Part shown: piece by piece, positions 18,263 to 28,824 of the stretch
Numbering within the stretch: position 1 is the stretch's first letter
Layout of the letters: each line of letters begins with the position of its first letter
Made by a program: the position numbers and the translations under genes
DNA from: an uncultured virus (IMG/VR IMGVR_UViG_3300042342_001499)
Taxonomy: Duplodnaviria; Heunggongvirae; Uroviricota; Caudoviricetes
Length of the DNA stretch: 64,000 bases
IMG/VR virus record: IMGVR_UViG_3300042342_001499
Direction: 5' to 3' (one strand)
Notes under the pieces: generated by a model
What the model saw: the letters and a program-made list of their open reading frames with translations, nothing else
Database searches by the model: none
Told to the model about the DNA's origin: nothing

Positions 18263-19162
18263 TTATTCTTTGGGTAATAAATGGGATAAGGAATTGAAAA
18301 CCTGCTCCGGTGTGATTGTCTTTGTGCACTCAAAATGTTTTTCTGTTCCTTTATGTAAAGGACACCAGAACCAGTCATCCGAATCAAATTTATGTTGATG
18401 ATTGTTTATACATCCATGACAAACATCTTTGTTTATTAACCTAACTGTGTCTTCAGTAAATTCATTATCTTCCGAAGTTACCCCTGATATCATAACTACT
18501 GGTTTACCTAAAGCGTGAGCAACCCATGTTAAACCGCTACTTAAGCCTATAAAGAATTCAGAATGGTGTATGTAGTTGGACATCTCTTTAAGATTCATTC
18601 CATTTCTTTTGACACATGACTTAGGTACAGTATTCCAATTCCCATCAGTACCGAAGCTTTCGTGAACATCTATACAAACTGGTGTTATTCCTTTTTTTCT
18701 GAGCATTTTACACAATTGATCCCAGCCTTCTTCATAATTCCAATGTTTAGATTGAGCTGTTGAGTGCATAGAAAAACACGCATATTTACCTTTTATTGGT
18801 CTTTCTTTTACAAAAGAATCTATCATTGGTCTATTCCATTCTTTTACATCAAGCTGTTGTGCGTATCCTTTCATCAACGGCTTATCAAATTTGTATACGA
18901 TCTGCTTGTACTCGTCATATTCTATTCCGTCTATTACCCATTTATCGATATCTGGCGCATAATTAGGAACGGAATTATGTGGATATATTTTTTTAATGTC
19001 TGGATAGCTATTACAAAAATACTCGCTATGGAGATTGCAAATAACAGATACATTTTTATTATTTTTAGAACGATACGAGTCTATTACTGCCATTGCTCCT
19101 ATAGTATCACCAAGGGATCCGGAACATATTCTTATTAATGATCTTTCCATATTAATTTCCAA
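18263..19162 (-). CDS. GT9-like glycosyltransferase (autotransporter heptosyltransferase-like)
   Basis: SLGDTI, STAQSKHWN, FFIGLSSGLTWVAHALGKPVVMISG. Confidence 0.8.
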   Translation of the reverse strand: MEINMERSLIRICSGSLGDTIGAMAVIDSYRSKNNKNVSVICNLHSEYFCNSYPDIKKIYPHNSVPNYAPDIDKWVIDGIEYDEYKQIVYKFDKPLMKGYAQQLDVKEWNRPMIDSFVKERPIKGKYACFSMHSTAQSKHWNYEEGWDQLCKMLRKKGITPVCIDVHESFGTDGNWNTVPKSCVKRNGMNLKEMSNYIHHSEFFIGLSSGLTWVAHALGKPVVMISGVTSEDNEFTEDTVRLINKDVCHGCINNHQHKFDSDDWFWCPLHKGTEKHFECTKTITPEQVFNSLSHLLPKE

Positions 19163-20159
19163 ATCCTAATTTAGATTTCTTCCTGCTTGTAACCTTAGGT
19201 TTTTCTCCCATACTATTAAGGGTAGCAATTGATTCATCAAAGTCTTTACTCATTACTACAACAGAAATTACTAATTCTTTTAAGTGTGAAAGAGACATTC
19301 CGTCAGTAAGCTCTATCCATTTTTTAATATCTATTTTTTTAAGATCTTCGTCAGTAAGCTTATTTTTTATATAAGCTTCTCTAATTTCGCCTGAAGGCAT
19401 TTGCACCTCGTATCTTCTATCAAATCTTGATGGACGATTAGTAATACGTTCTTGTAGTTTTTCCGGATAGTTTGTTGTTGCTATATAAACAACATTTTCT
19501 ATCTGCTTAACCCCATCTAGAATATTAAGCAATTTTGTTGTTGAATATCTGTCTTCCCCTGCTAATGAGTCAATATCTTCTAGTATTACAATAAGAGGTC
19601 TTTCTGGTTCAATAGATCTTATAGTGGGAACCATTTCAACAAATGCTTTAAAATCCTCATCTTCTTTGATATTAATAACAATACCATTCTCTTCCTCTAT
19701 TAGGTTTTTAACGCAAAGCTGTATAATTCCAGATTTACCACACCCAGGATCTCCGTAAAGTAAAATACCCCTTTTGTGTACGAAGTTATACTCCCTATAG
19801 GTTTCTCTTTTTCTCCAGAATATTTTTATATCACTTAGAATGCTTTCAATCTCTGGCGATGGAAGCTCGTAAAGTTCATCAATATTTAAAGCTTGCTTAG
19901 CAATAACCCAAGTCTGTAATGAACTATTCCATTTCATTTCATAAAGCCCAGAAGGTACTTGTGATATTGAAACATAAGATGGAGCAAATTGACCACTTTG
20001 TAATACTGACCATTGTGTGTGTTTTTGCGTGTCTATTGATTCTAAATCATCATCCTCAAATGATATGTGTCTATCTCTCATTTTTCTATTTATATTAATT
20101 AAATTGTTTATTCTTTCCGTAACCTCCACATTATTTTTTGGAACTTTTCTATTTTTCAT
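19152..20159 (-). CDS. AAA+ ATPase
   Basis: GDPGCGKS Walker A, ILEDID Walker B, RPSRFDR. Confidence 0.9.
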   Translation of the reverse strand: MKNRKVPKNNVEVTERINNLININRKMRDRHISFEDDDLESIDTQKHTQWSVLQSGQFAPSYVSISQVPSGLYEMKWNSSLQTWVIAKQALNIDELYELPSPEIESILSDIKIFWRKRETYREYNFVHKRGILLYGDPGCGKSGIIQLCVKNLIEEENGIVINIKEDEDFKAFVEMVPTIRSIEPERPLIVILEDIDSLAGEDRYSTTKLLNILDGVKQIENVVYIATTNYPEKLQERITNRPSRFDRRYEVQMPSGEIREAYIKNKLTDEDLKKIDIKKWIELTDGMSLSHLKELVISVVVMSKDFDESIATLNSMGEKPKVTSRKKSKLGFGN

Positions 20160-21168
20160 TCAGTAGGAATTTATTACTAATCACTTTAAATGATATTGTT
20201 CTGTCTATACTTCTTATAACTACGCCTTCTCGATCAAAGTTTGAATTTAATGAAGATTTTTCATCTGCATAAGATAAAAGATCCTCTATTGTATCTGGTA
20301 AAGTAAATTCTGTTTCAATCTTAGGTACAGTATCAAGTCCTAATCCATGAATAGTATTAACAAATTCTGTTAATCCCACATATTCACGGGTGTCAATATT
20401 GAACACATTAAAGAACTTAACCGTCTGTCCTAATATTTTATAAGGATTACCTTGTATACCCTCGCCAATTAATTCACCTTGGAAACACACATTGTATCCT
20501 AAAGATTTCATTTTGTTCTCTAGATCTAGATTTCTTGCAACTTTCCAGAATGAATTTCCTTCAGTTTCTAAAAGCTCTAAGTTTCTAGAGCATACTCCAA
20601 ATTCTCCATCTTTGTAATAGTATGTAGCAGAACTTCCGTCTAGCTTTTCTGTCACATAGAATTTATGTTCTTCTTTCCATGTCTCAAATACTTCAGAAAG
20701 ATTCTGAATCCTTTCCTCATCAGTCTTTGGAATGAATCCAGGAAATAATCCTTTAGCTATTCCAGATAACTCTGCAGGTATAGGTGGTTCATATTTAACG
20801 ACACCTAAAATTTCAGATACGTCAGATCCTTCTTCAAATTCAACTTGAAAATTCTTATATCTCATAAGAACATTTATAGGAATAATTAGACCTTGAGAAA
20901 CTTGTCCTCTAAGTTTAATTGTTCTCAATCTGAATCCCTCAGTGCCATCTGCCATTTTTTTATATGATGACTTTCTAAGAAATTCAAATTCTTCTTTTAT
21001 AGGAAGAAACGAATCAATCTCACAGTAAATAACATAATCACCTTCTTTGTGTTCTACGTTTTTTCCCACTACTACTTTCCATCCGTTTACAATTGCTAAC
21101 TCAATAGCATCTGCTCCTTCAATTGGAAGGATTTCTTTAATTTTCTGAATTGTCGCTAGTTTTCTCAT
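20149..21168 (-). CDS. ATP-dependent RNA ligase, DRB0094/Rnl5-type
   Basis: RKLATIQKI N-domain, KTDEERIQN, EKLDGSS, EGVV, FKVISNKFLL. Confidence 0.88.
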   Translation of the reverse strand: MRKLATIQKIKEILPIEGADAIELAIVNGWKVVVGKNVEHKEGDYVIYCEIDSFLPIKEEFEFLRKSSYKKMADGTEGFRLRTIKLRGQVSQGLIIPINVLMRYKNFQVEFEEGSDVSEILGVVKYEPPIPAELSGIAKGLFPGFIPKTDEERIQNLSEVFETWKEEHKFYVTEKLDGSSATYYYKDGEFGVCSRNLELLETEGNSFWKVARNLDLENKMKSLGYNVCFQGELIGEGIQGNPYKILGQTVKFFNVFNIDTREYVGLTEFVNTIHGLGLDTVPKIETEFTLPDTIEDLLSYADEKSSLNSNFDREGVVIRSIDRTISFKVISNKFLLNEK

Positions 21169-21556
21169 CCTCTTGTTTTTTTAAATAATTCTCGACATAT
21201 TCTTTTCTGATTTTATCGACTTCTTCAAAATATTGATCTGCATCATCGTGCCACACATCAACAGTTCCGTAATAAACTACATCTTCTACTTCCTCGATTT
21301 TTTTAATTTCATTAGAAACCCATTCTTTATCTGATTCGTTTTTTAGACTATCAAAAAAGAATTGGTATTTCTCCTGATCACCTCCACCTGTACAATCCAT
21401 TCCTCTAGATATGACAATATTGATTATCTCATCTACAATTTTTCCATCTGGATCTGGACCACAGTAAACATCAATACAAAATCCATATTGTCTGAATTCG
21501 CCGACCCTCTTTTTCTTTCTAATTCTTCTGCTGTATTTGCTCCTTTGGAACTCCAT
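21137..21556 (-). CDS. YggL-like (DUF469) ribosome-binding protein
   Basis: SRRIRKKKRVGEFRQYGF N-terminal motif and C-terminal DVW. Confidence 0.65.
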   Translation of the reverse strand: MEFQRSKYSRRIRKKKRVGEFRQYGFCIDVYCGPDPDGKIVDEIINIVISRGMDCTGGGDQEKYQFFFDSLKNESDKEWVSNEIKKIEEVEDVVYYGTVDVWHDDADQYFEEVDKIRKEYVENYLKKQEDEKTSDNSEN

Positions 21557-21631
21557 TATCTTAATTTTAGGTAAAGATAGAAATTTCTTATTAATTAAAA
21601 AAATGTTTTAACAAAATTGAATATATATTGA

Positions 21632-22216
21632 ATGAAATACCCAAAAAAATACTTGTCTACTAATCCTAATGTGATGAAAAGGGAGATAAAAAAACATGGT
21701 GGCAAAGATGATTCTGATTCTTCTGCTTATGGTCCATGGGATGCTGATTATAAATCGCGCAAAGCAGGAAAGGGTAAGCCAGTAAAAACCAAAACAAGCA
21801 AATACACTAAAAAATACAAAGAAATGTTTGGGGAAAATTTAATGACAGACCCTTATCAATTCATGAGTGTCTTAGAAGAAATAGAAAATGAGTTTATAGA
21901 TTTATTAGAATCTTTATCAGAAGATGAGATCCTTGAAATTGAGGGATTCTTAAATGAGGGAGTAACTTCTGCTGGTAGCCCAGTAAAAAAAGCTCTAAAG
22001 AATAAATCAGATAAGACTGGATTTCCCCAAGGTATATTAACTCAGGTATGGAAAAGGGGTTATGCAGCTTGGAAAATAGGTCATATTCCAGGAACAACAC
22101 CACAACAATGGGCAATGGCTAGAGTTAATTCTTTTGTAACAGGAGGTAAAACAACAAAGATGGGTGATAAAGCTTTATACAAGCAAGCTAAAGCTAATAG
22201 AAAAGATAAAAAATAA
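21632..22216 (+). CDS. Conserved phage protein (DUF5824-like)
   Basis: LKNKS...VWKRGYAAW...H.PG.TPQQWAMARVNSF. Confidence 0.6.
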   Translation: MKYPKKYLSTNPNVMKREIKKHGGKDDSDSSAYGPWDADYKSRKAGKGKPVKTKTSKYTKKYKEMFGENLMTDPYQFMSVLEEIENEFIDLLESLSEDEILEIEGFLNEGVTSAGSPVKKALKNKSDKTGFPQGILTQVWKRGYAAWKIGHIPGTTPQQWAMARVNSFVTGGKTTKMGDKALYKQAKANRKDKK

Positions 22217-22217
22217 A

Positions 22218-22550
22218 CTACTTAAAGAAAGGATTCAATTCGCTTAGTGTTGAAACAATCTCATCTATTTTTTTGCAATCCTCGGTAAAACCAATAACTT
22301 CAGAATCAGTCAGATGGAAGAATTCATTATTAGATAATGTTCTCTGCAATTTATATTTTCTATGAAGCCATCTTTCTATCTTTTTATAATTTCTGCTTCT
22401 ATATGTTTTAAGCACAGATAGATCTCCGGAATTACCAGTTTTTAATTTCTTTAATCTTTCTTGAGGGTCATTTTTAGTGATTCCAATTTTATACTTCTCC
22501 TCTCCGTACTGATCTCCTTCTACAATAAGATAAACATAGCCTTCTATCAT
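22218..22550 (-). CDS. GIY-YIG (T5orf172-like) nuclease domain protein
   Basis: GYVYLI...YKIGITK...RLKKLKTGN...EFF; start at ATG 22550. Confidence 0.8.
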   Translation of the reverse strand: MIEGYVYLIVEGDQYGEEKYKIGITKNDPQERLKKLKTGNSGDLSVLKTYRSRNYKKIERWLHRKYKLQRTLSNNEFFHLTDSEVIGFTEDCKKIDEIVSTLSELNPFFK

Positions 22551-22612
22551 ATTATATTTATCTTTTCTTTTTATACGAAGAAACTTAAACACATAATTAA
22601 AATATAACAGAC

Positions 22613-23086
22613 ATGAAAAAAGAAAAGAAAATTCAGCCTTTAAGTGATTGGGAATGGACACTCACTTGGTCTTCTTTAAGATATTTCTGCGGAAGATACT
22701 CGATAGCTTCTGCAACATATCCCACTGAATTACTTATGAACTTTGGAAAAAGATTATCAGCTGATCAAAAAAGAGCGTTGGTTGAAGAAGTACAAAAACA
22801 AATCGAAGATGCTATAAGGACAGATGATAATATGTGGTTAAAAACGGATATGGAGCCATGGAGTGCATTAAGAAATTATTTAGATGTGTCAACGTGGAAA
22901 GAGTTATTTTGTCAGGGAGAAGATATCAAAGACACCACAGTTATAGCATTTCCTTGTGAAAGCAAAGAAGATGAAACAATAGTTACTCGTTGGATACCTA
23001 TAGATTCTTACGAAGGATCAGGATCAGTAAGAACATCAGTTTATGCACCTTATATAAAACAAATAAAAGAATATGAATCTAAATGA
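22613..23086 (+). CDS. Hypothetical protein
   Basis: ORF track. Confidence 0.6.
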   Translation: MKKEKKIQPLSDWEWTLTWSSLRYFCGRYSIASATYPTELLMNFGKRLSADQKRALVEEVQKQIEDAIRTDDNMWLKTDMEPWSALRNYLDVSTWKELFCQGEDIKDTTVIAFPCESKEDETIVTRWIPIDSYEGSGSVRTSVYAPYIKQIKEYESK

Positions 23087-23348
23087 AATGAAACTAACTG
23101 CAATGTTAGCAGAGAAATTTAATAGTATGGACTCGGATGCTATTGAACAGGAATGGAAATTAATCGAAAAAGAAGGTGAAAATGCAACACCAGAAAGAGT
23201 CGAGGATGTGCTTAAAAGAACACCAGGATTTACTGCTGTTGATATGATCAACTTTGGAGAATACTGCAAGAAAGGTTTTACTGACTATGAATGGGACGAA
23301 CTAACTCCTGAGCAGCACTTTGTTAATTGGTTAGAAAAAATAAAATGA
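23073..23348 (+). CDS. Hypothetical protein
   Basis: ORF track. Confidence 0.55.
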   Translation: MNLNEMKLTAMLAEKFNSMDSDAIEQEWKLIEKEGENATPERVEDVLKRTPGFTAVDMINFGEYCKKGFTDYEWDELTPEQHFVNWLEKIK

Positions 23349-23767
23349 GAAGAATCTATGATTTCTTTAGGCTCTGGATAATTTGGAAAGATGCTAAGGA
23401 AGCTTGGCAGGATTCAAAAACTATAAACGATAAAGAATTCCGGAGTGAAATTAGAAACCTAGATATTAGGTTAGAAGAGTTTTTAGATAGTATTCCTGAC
23501 CAAAAATGGAATAAAGTGAAGCTTAATCTTGAAGCTAAAAAAACACATCAAGTAGTACAAGAGACGATTAAGAAAAGAAAACATGCTATTGATTTTGCAG
23601 AATGGATATTGTCACATAAAATATCTCTTTCGGAAAACGAAGAAGGAATTTCATATTGGGTAATTAACAATAAAGATACTACCACACTTCAAAACACTAA
23701 CGACCTTTATGTAATGTATCTTAGAGGAGATTTAGACGTGGAGGAAGATCTAGACGAAGAGGAATAA
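23345..23767 (+). CDS. Hypothetical protein
   Basis: ORF; start moved to ATG 23345. Confidence 0.55.
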   Translation: MRRIYDFFRLWIIWKDAKEAWQDSKTINDKEFRSEIRNLDIRLEEFLDSIPDQKWNKVKLNLEAKKTHQVVQETIKKRKHAIDFAEWILSHKISLSENEEGISYWVINNKDTTTLQNTNDLYVMYLRGDLDVEEDLDEEE

Positions 23768-23798
23768 TCTAAAAATAGATTTTAGATATATACTTTGT

Positions 23799-24524
23799 AT
23801 GAAGCATATAAGCGATTTTAACGCATTTAAAAACATTTCACTATCCGAAAAAACGTCATATTATATTAATGATATGTCAGATAATTTAGATGAAATAGTA
23901 TATGGAAATTCACCTATAGAATTTAAAGAAATCATAGAGGATAATAATGATTCAATAAAAGAATGGTTTCAAAAAGAGGGGCTTATTAAAAAAATCATAG
24001 AAGAAGCGCCACTTAACAGTAGTGAAACGACAAAAGAAGATCTCTCTATTTTAATAGAAAAAACTAGCAAGGCAACTGGAGATGATCTAACTTTTGCTAG
24101 ATATGCAGACGATCAAAATAATCTTCCTAACTTGTTTATAGATCTTTTACAATCTAAAGGATACAATGAAACTATGGAAGAATATTTCATGGTAGATAAT
24201 CAAACTGACGTGATACTAAATTTTCTTAAGAATGTTATAAATCGTCCAAGACCATATCAACTTGCTAAAGCTTATAATTTATCCCTTTATCCACTTATGC
24301 GTACTGATGCTATGACAGCAGCATATCCCAGTGGTCACGCACTTACTGGTTTTGTAATGGCTGATCATTATTCAAAGAAACATCCAGAAATTTCAGAAGA
24401 TTTAAAAAAATTAGGTGAAAAAATTGCAAATAGCAGAGAGGTAACAGGGATACATTATCCATCAGATACTAAAATATCAAGAATGATTGCTGATATTATA
24501 TCACAAAATAATCTGATTAAATAA
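23799..24524 (+). CDS. PAP2-family phosphatase
   Basis: K...RPRP, YPSGH, SR...GIHYPSD. Confidence 0.82.
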   Translation: MKHISDFNAFKNISLSEKTSYYINDMSDNLDEIVYGNSPIEFKEIIEDNNDSIKEWFQKEGLIKKIIEEAPLNSSETTKEDLSILIEKTSKATGDDLTFARYADDQNNLPNLFIDLLQSKGYNETMEEYFMVDNQTDVILNFLKNVINRPRPYQLAKAYNLSLYPLMRTDAMTAAYPSGHALTGFVMADHYSKKHPEISEDLKKLGEKIANSREVTGIHYPSDTKISRMIADIISQNNLIK

Positions 24525-24532
24525 AAAATATA

Positions 24533-25105
24533 ATGAAGCATATAAGCGATTTTAACGGCTTTAAAAACTATACATTATCTGAAAATTTATCATACCATCT
24601 AAATGAAGGTATAGGTATATTAGAGAGCGTTTTTAGATTAGAATCGGAAAGTTGGTTAGATCTAGTCAACGAATCAAGAGATTTATATTATTCAGGAAAA
24701 ATTGGTCTAACCGAAGATGAAATTTGGTTGGTCGGAACAGACGCTGGCAAAAAGGGAATATATGAAGGAAGAGAGGTTCTTCTTGACATACCTTTTGAAG
24801 ATGTAGAAGAGCTACACGAGGCAGAGTATAGAGGTAGAAAAGTAGATCTCAATCGGCCATTCAGAACACCTTCGGGACCTAGGAAATTTGGTGTATACAC
24901 CAAAAATGAAAAAGGCAATGTTGTTAAAGTGGGATTTGGTCAACCAGGTATGAGAGTTAACAACAGCGATCCTAAAAAAGCAAGATCATTTCAGAAAAGA
25001 ATGAGATGTGATAATCCAGGGCCTAAATGGAGTGCTAAATACTGGTCTTGCAACGTGGCAAGATACAGAAAGCTTTTAGGAATTAAATCAAGTAACCCGT
25101 GGTAA
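24533..25105 (+). CDS. Conserved phage protein
   Basis: Same MKHISDFN start as 23799; basic C-terminal domain ending KYWSC. Confidence 0.6.
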   Translation: MKHISDFNGFKNYTLSENLSYHLNEGIGILESVFRLESESWLDLVNESRDLYYSGKIGLTEDEIWLVGTDAGKKGIYEGREVLLDIPFEDVEELHEAEYRGRKVDLNRPFRTPSGPRKFGVYTKNEKGNVVKVGFGQPGMRVNNSDPKKARSFQKRMRCDNPGPKWSAKYWSCNVARYRKLLGIKSSNPW

Positions 25106-25446
25106 TGGAACATATAGAATTATACGAGAATTTTAATCAAAGAACAATGATTATTAAACACAGAAACTTTGGAGAGATTAAAATCGAACTCCAAGGAAGT
25201 CAAATAATGGATGTGGTAAACAATTCCAATGTTATGTTTCCATTCGGCGTGGGATCTTCATGGAACAGATCAATAGAAACTTGGGCTTGTAGAAACAACT
25301 TTATTAAAATTGAAACGTGGATGAATAACCGAATGGTTAGACAAGAAGACACATGTCCAGAGGAAAAAGTAGCAGGAATTAGGGTGAAAGATATTCCTCA
25401 TGGACACCCTCTAAGAATCATGTATCCAAATAAGTTTAAAAAATAA
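25105..25446 (+). CDS. Hypothetical protein with MEHIELYENF motif
   Basis: ORF; shared N-terminal motif. Confidence 0.55.
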   Translation: MEHIELYENFNQRTMIIKHRNFGEIKIELQGSQIMDVVNNSNVMFPFGVGSSWNRSIETWACRNNFIKIETWMNNRMVRQEDTCPEEKVAGIRVKDIPHGHPLRIMYPNKFKK

Positions 25447-25473
25447 TAGCGTATTTATCTAAATCGTTAGAAA

Positions 25474-26334
25474 TTAAGCCATATTAGATGCTCCAGTAGC
25501 AGTAATATTAAATTGATTTGCTATATCTGTAGCTTTTTGTAAGCCTCCTAAATATGTACTAGTAACATCGTTACCTAATCCAGCATTAATATTAACTATT
25601 CCTTTTAAAGCTGTATTTTGATCAGCAAATGTGTTGATATCTTTAGTACCATATTTTCTTTGCATTGTATCACTTTTTGCGCCATTAATAAAGAATAATA
25701 CTGCTGCTTCTGCTGCTACATCAATTTCATTTAATTGATCTGGATTATTCACTATATCTACAGATTTACCTAATTTACCGTCTTTATTCAATATATCTTG
25801 ATATTTTTGGTAAATACTTTTAAAAGTTATACCGTTAAATCCTCGACCCCTATATTTGTAACCGTCGCCAGGTGCTGTATTACCCGTATCCCAACCGAAA
25901 GATTTTGCTGCTTCTTTTCCGTAAACCATATCATAGAATCTAACATCATCTTTTTTTATTGTATCAAGCTCAGCATCACTAACAGTAATTCTTTTGCCAA
26001 ATATTTTACGTATTCTATCATTAGAAGTGTTTCTATAACTTGTTTCGTCTTGCGGAATAAACCCTGACTCTTTTCCTACACATCCAAGAATTGCTCTTTG
26101 AGTATATGGGTTAGTTATTCCATGTCTTTTCATTGCATCCATAAGAGCTTGAACGTTCTTAGCTTTATCTCCAGATACTGGAATATTAGTTATTGATCCA
26201 GATATTGGTGATTCGCTCGTTTTTGTAGTATCGTTAGGATCTCCGAATATTGCATCGGATAATCTTTTTCCAAAATTTCCAAAAAGCTGTTCATTAACTG
26301 CTTTGAATTCTTCTATAGATTTTAAATGCTTCAT
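25474..26334 (-). CDS. GH19-like lysozyme/chitinase, probably virion-associated
   Basis: KESGF and GDGYKYRGRGFNGIT motifs. Confidence 0.78.
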   Translation of the reverse strand: MKHLKSIEEFKAVNEQLFGNFGKRLSDAIFGDPNDTTKTSESPISGSITNIPVSGDKAKNVQALMDAMKRHGITNPYTQRAILGCVGKESGFIPQDETSYRNTSNDRIRKIFGKRITVSDAELDTIKKDDVRFYDMVYGKEAAKSFGWDTGNTAPGDGYKYRGRGFNGITFKSIYQKYQDILNKDGKLGKSVDIVNNPDQLNEIDVAAEAAVLFFINGAKSDTMQRKYGTKDINTFADQNTALKGIVNINAGLGNDVTSTYLGGLQKATDIANQFNITATGASNMA

Positions 26335-26392
26335 GTTGATTAATATTTAATATATATCCTATTTTGAAAACATTAAATGATTTATATGTATA

Positions 26393-26992
26393 ATGATTAT
26401 GAAAGTAAAATTTGCAGATAGCTTTTGGGAAAGCTTAGAACGTATATCCAAAAGAGAAAGATGGTATTGGAAAACTTGGTATTTCCTAAGATATGATATA
26501 CCTAAAGGAGTAAAGAATATAATTTTCTTTTGGAAAGTGATATGGAATTTTAGGCCTTGGGATCACACATATAATTTAAAGATCCTTTCAAAATCTTTAG
26601 AACCTTTGAGAGATTCTATAATCAAAGGTAGAGAAGTTGATGTGCCTAGATTAAAGAAAGTTGCAAAGATAGAAAGAGCAATAGAAATTCTTAATAATAT
26701 CACAGAAGACAAATACATGGAAATTGCAGAGTCTCAACTAGGATGTGAAATGAACTATGACTATACTTTTTGTGACGATGAGCCAGAGGAAATAAAAGGA
26801 GCAAATAATATAATTAGGGATCTTTCTCAAGAAATAGAGGATAAAGAATGGAAAGAGCTATGGACTATTTTCCACGGACAAGAACACTCTCATTATATAA
26901 TGCTATTAGATAAAACGACTCCTGAACAGAGAAAGGAAGGGGTTTGGGATAATTGGTACGATGGATCAGGAATGGGACATTGGTGGGATTAA
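26393..26992 (+). CDS. Hypothetical protein
   Basis: ORF ending in WWD. Confidence 0.6.
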   Translation: MIMKVKFADSFWESLERISKRERWYWKTWYFLRYDIPKGVKNIIFFWKVIWNFRPWDHTYNLKILSKSLEPLRDSIIKGREVDVPRLKKVAKIERAIEILNNITEDKYMEIAESQLGCEMNYDYTFCDDEPEEIKGANNIIRDLSQEIEDKEWKELWTIFHGQEHSHYIMLLDKTTPEQRKEGVWDNWYDGSGMGHWWD

Positions 26993-27229
26993 CCAATGAT
27001 TGTTTAAAACTTTTTATTTATTATAGTATATTAATTTTTAATTTAGCAGTAACAATATGAAATCATATTATATAAAATTTAGGATTAGAAAAATAATATT
27101 CCTGTTTAATAAAACATTCGGGTGGTTTTTTATAAACGGAAGAAAACAATTATCTTGGGCGGAAAGATTAAGATTAGAAGAGATAGAGATTTTAATAATG
27201 GAATCACGTATTAAATCAAGAAGAAAAAA

Positions 27230-27544
27230 ATGAGTAAAAAAGTTTATCTTATTAGAGGTTCATCGCTAGATTCCGGAGGAAAGAAAGAATGGATAGAATC
27301 AATAACAGCTTCTAAAGAAAGAGCAAATAAAATAAAAGCTCAATTAAATCATTCACTAGAATCTGAGATTATCATATCAAAAGAAATATTTGATAAGTAC
27401 ACTAAAGAAGGATCTGAAGAATTAGAATGGGGTAAAATGGAATTCAGTACAGATAATATGACTGATGAAGAATTTGAAAAGTTTTGTATTTATAGATATG
27501 GAACTAAAATGCCATTTAAAATAGAAGTATTAGATCTTGTCTAA
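27230..27544 (+). CDS. Hypothetical protein
   Basis: ORF track. Confidence 0.5.
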   Translation: MSKKVYLIRGSSLDSGGKKEWIESITASKERANKIKAQLNHSLESEIIISKEIFDKYTKEGSEELEWGKMEFSTDNMTDEEFEKFCIYRYGTKMPFKIEVLDLV

Positions 27545-28419
27545 ATACTTCCTTTTAAATTTCTTCGATTAATAATAGCCCTTATTCTTCTTTCAGCCAT
27601 ATTAGATACGCCTCTAGCCCATTCTGGGCTTCTTTCAAACGATTCACCAATTTGTCCAAATGTTTGTGGTTCTTTATTTTCTCCTAGTCCATATTTAAGT
27701 ATAGTAATTTCCCTTTCCATTGGTTTAAGCTCTGAAAGAATACTTGCTATAGATTTTTTTAAATCCTCGCTTATTATATTACTATCAGTGCTATTTTCAG
27801 ATTCTATCCAATTGATAGGACTGAACGATTCATCATCGCTAGGATTTGTACTGCTTTCTAAAGGAATTGATCTCGGTGTATTTTTAATAGCCTCAATAGC
27901 TGATTCTGATAATTTGATATCTGTGTTTTCTTCTATTAATAATAACATCTCATCTACTGAAGGTTCTCTTCCGTTATAAGAAATAAAGCTCTCCTCTAAT
28001 GATTGATATTTCCTTAATTGCTGTGTTACATTAGTCGGTATTCTAACTGATCTTGAACTATTTTGCATATACAGAAATATATTCTTTCGGATGTGCCATA
28101 CAGCATAACTAATAAATTTAAAACCTGTAGAAGGATCAAATGTTTCTATAGCTTCTACTAGACCTTTATTACCTTCTGATATTAGGTCCTCTAAAGGGTT
28201 TTGTGGTGAAGAATAAGCTTTAGCAACTGATACGACAAATCTTAAATTGGATTTTAATATAAGATCTTTAGCTTTAGTATCTCCATTTTTTGATTTAACT
28301 GCTAATTCTGCTTCTTTTTCTGGGGTTAATATTTCGTACTTACTTATTTCGGCAAAATATCTAGATATATTATCGGTAGTATTTGTAATCCTATTGATAA
28401 TCTTAAATTCCCTCATCAA
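27541..28419 (-). CDS. RNA polymerase sigma70-family factor (divergent)
   Basis: SNLRFVVSVAK, DLISEGNKGL, GFKFISYAVWHIR, region 4 HTH. Confidence 0.9.
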   Translation of the reverse strand: MMREFKIINRITNTTDNISRYFAEISKYEILTPEKEAELAVKSKNGDTKAKDLILKSNLRFVVSVAKAYSSPQNPLEDLISEGNKGLVEAIETFDPSTGFKFISYAVWHIRKNIFLYMQNSSRSVRIPTNVTQQLRKYQSLEESFISYNGREPSVDEMLLLIEENTDIKLSESAIEAIKNTPRSIPLESSTNPSDDESFSPINWIESENSTDSNIISEDLKKSIASILSELKPMEREITILKYGLGENKEPQTFGQIGESFERSPEWARGVSNMAERRIRAIINRRNLKGSI

Positions 28420-28463
28420 TTATGTTTTAAAGTTCCTAATCTTATTGTTAGAAACCCATTTAG

Positions 28464-28670
28464 TTACATAGGATTTTGATTTTGATTTTTTTCCATCCAC
28501 ATTTTAGCTCCATTTCCAAGCATATCAAAGATATCATTTGAAGGCATTTCTGATTGTTGCATATGCTTTTGGAACTCTTTGCTAGCTTCCGGATCTACTC
28601 CTGCTGCTTTATTCATAGCATCAAGTTTTTTCTTAATACTTTCTAAATATTCATTGTAATTATGATTCAT
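28464..28670 (-). CDS. Hypothetical protein
   Basis: ORF; start moved to ATG 28670. Confidence 0.45.
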   Translation of the reverse strand: MNHNYNEYLESIKKKLDAMNKAAGVDPEASKEFQKHMQQSEMPSNDIFDMLGNGAKMWMEKNQNQNPM

Positions 28671-28824
28671 AATTTTATTTTTTAATAATGTATATATTAA
28701 ATCATTTTTAACCAATAATAATTTTTTAATATTACAAAATAATTTGTGGTTTTATTATAAACATTCACAAAAAAACGAAACAATCGGGCATAAATCTGAG
28801 TAAGATATAAATAATAAATATAAT

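Noticed and set aside
22218..22550. Mobile homing endonuclease element
   Set aside because: A lone short GIY-YIG domain with no intron, DNA-binding extension or flanking repeats.
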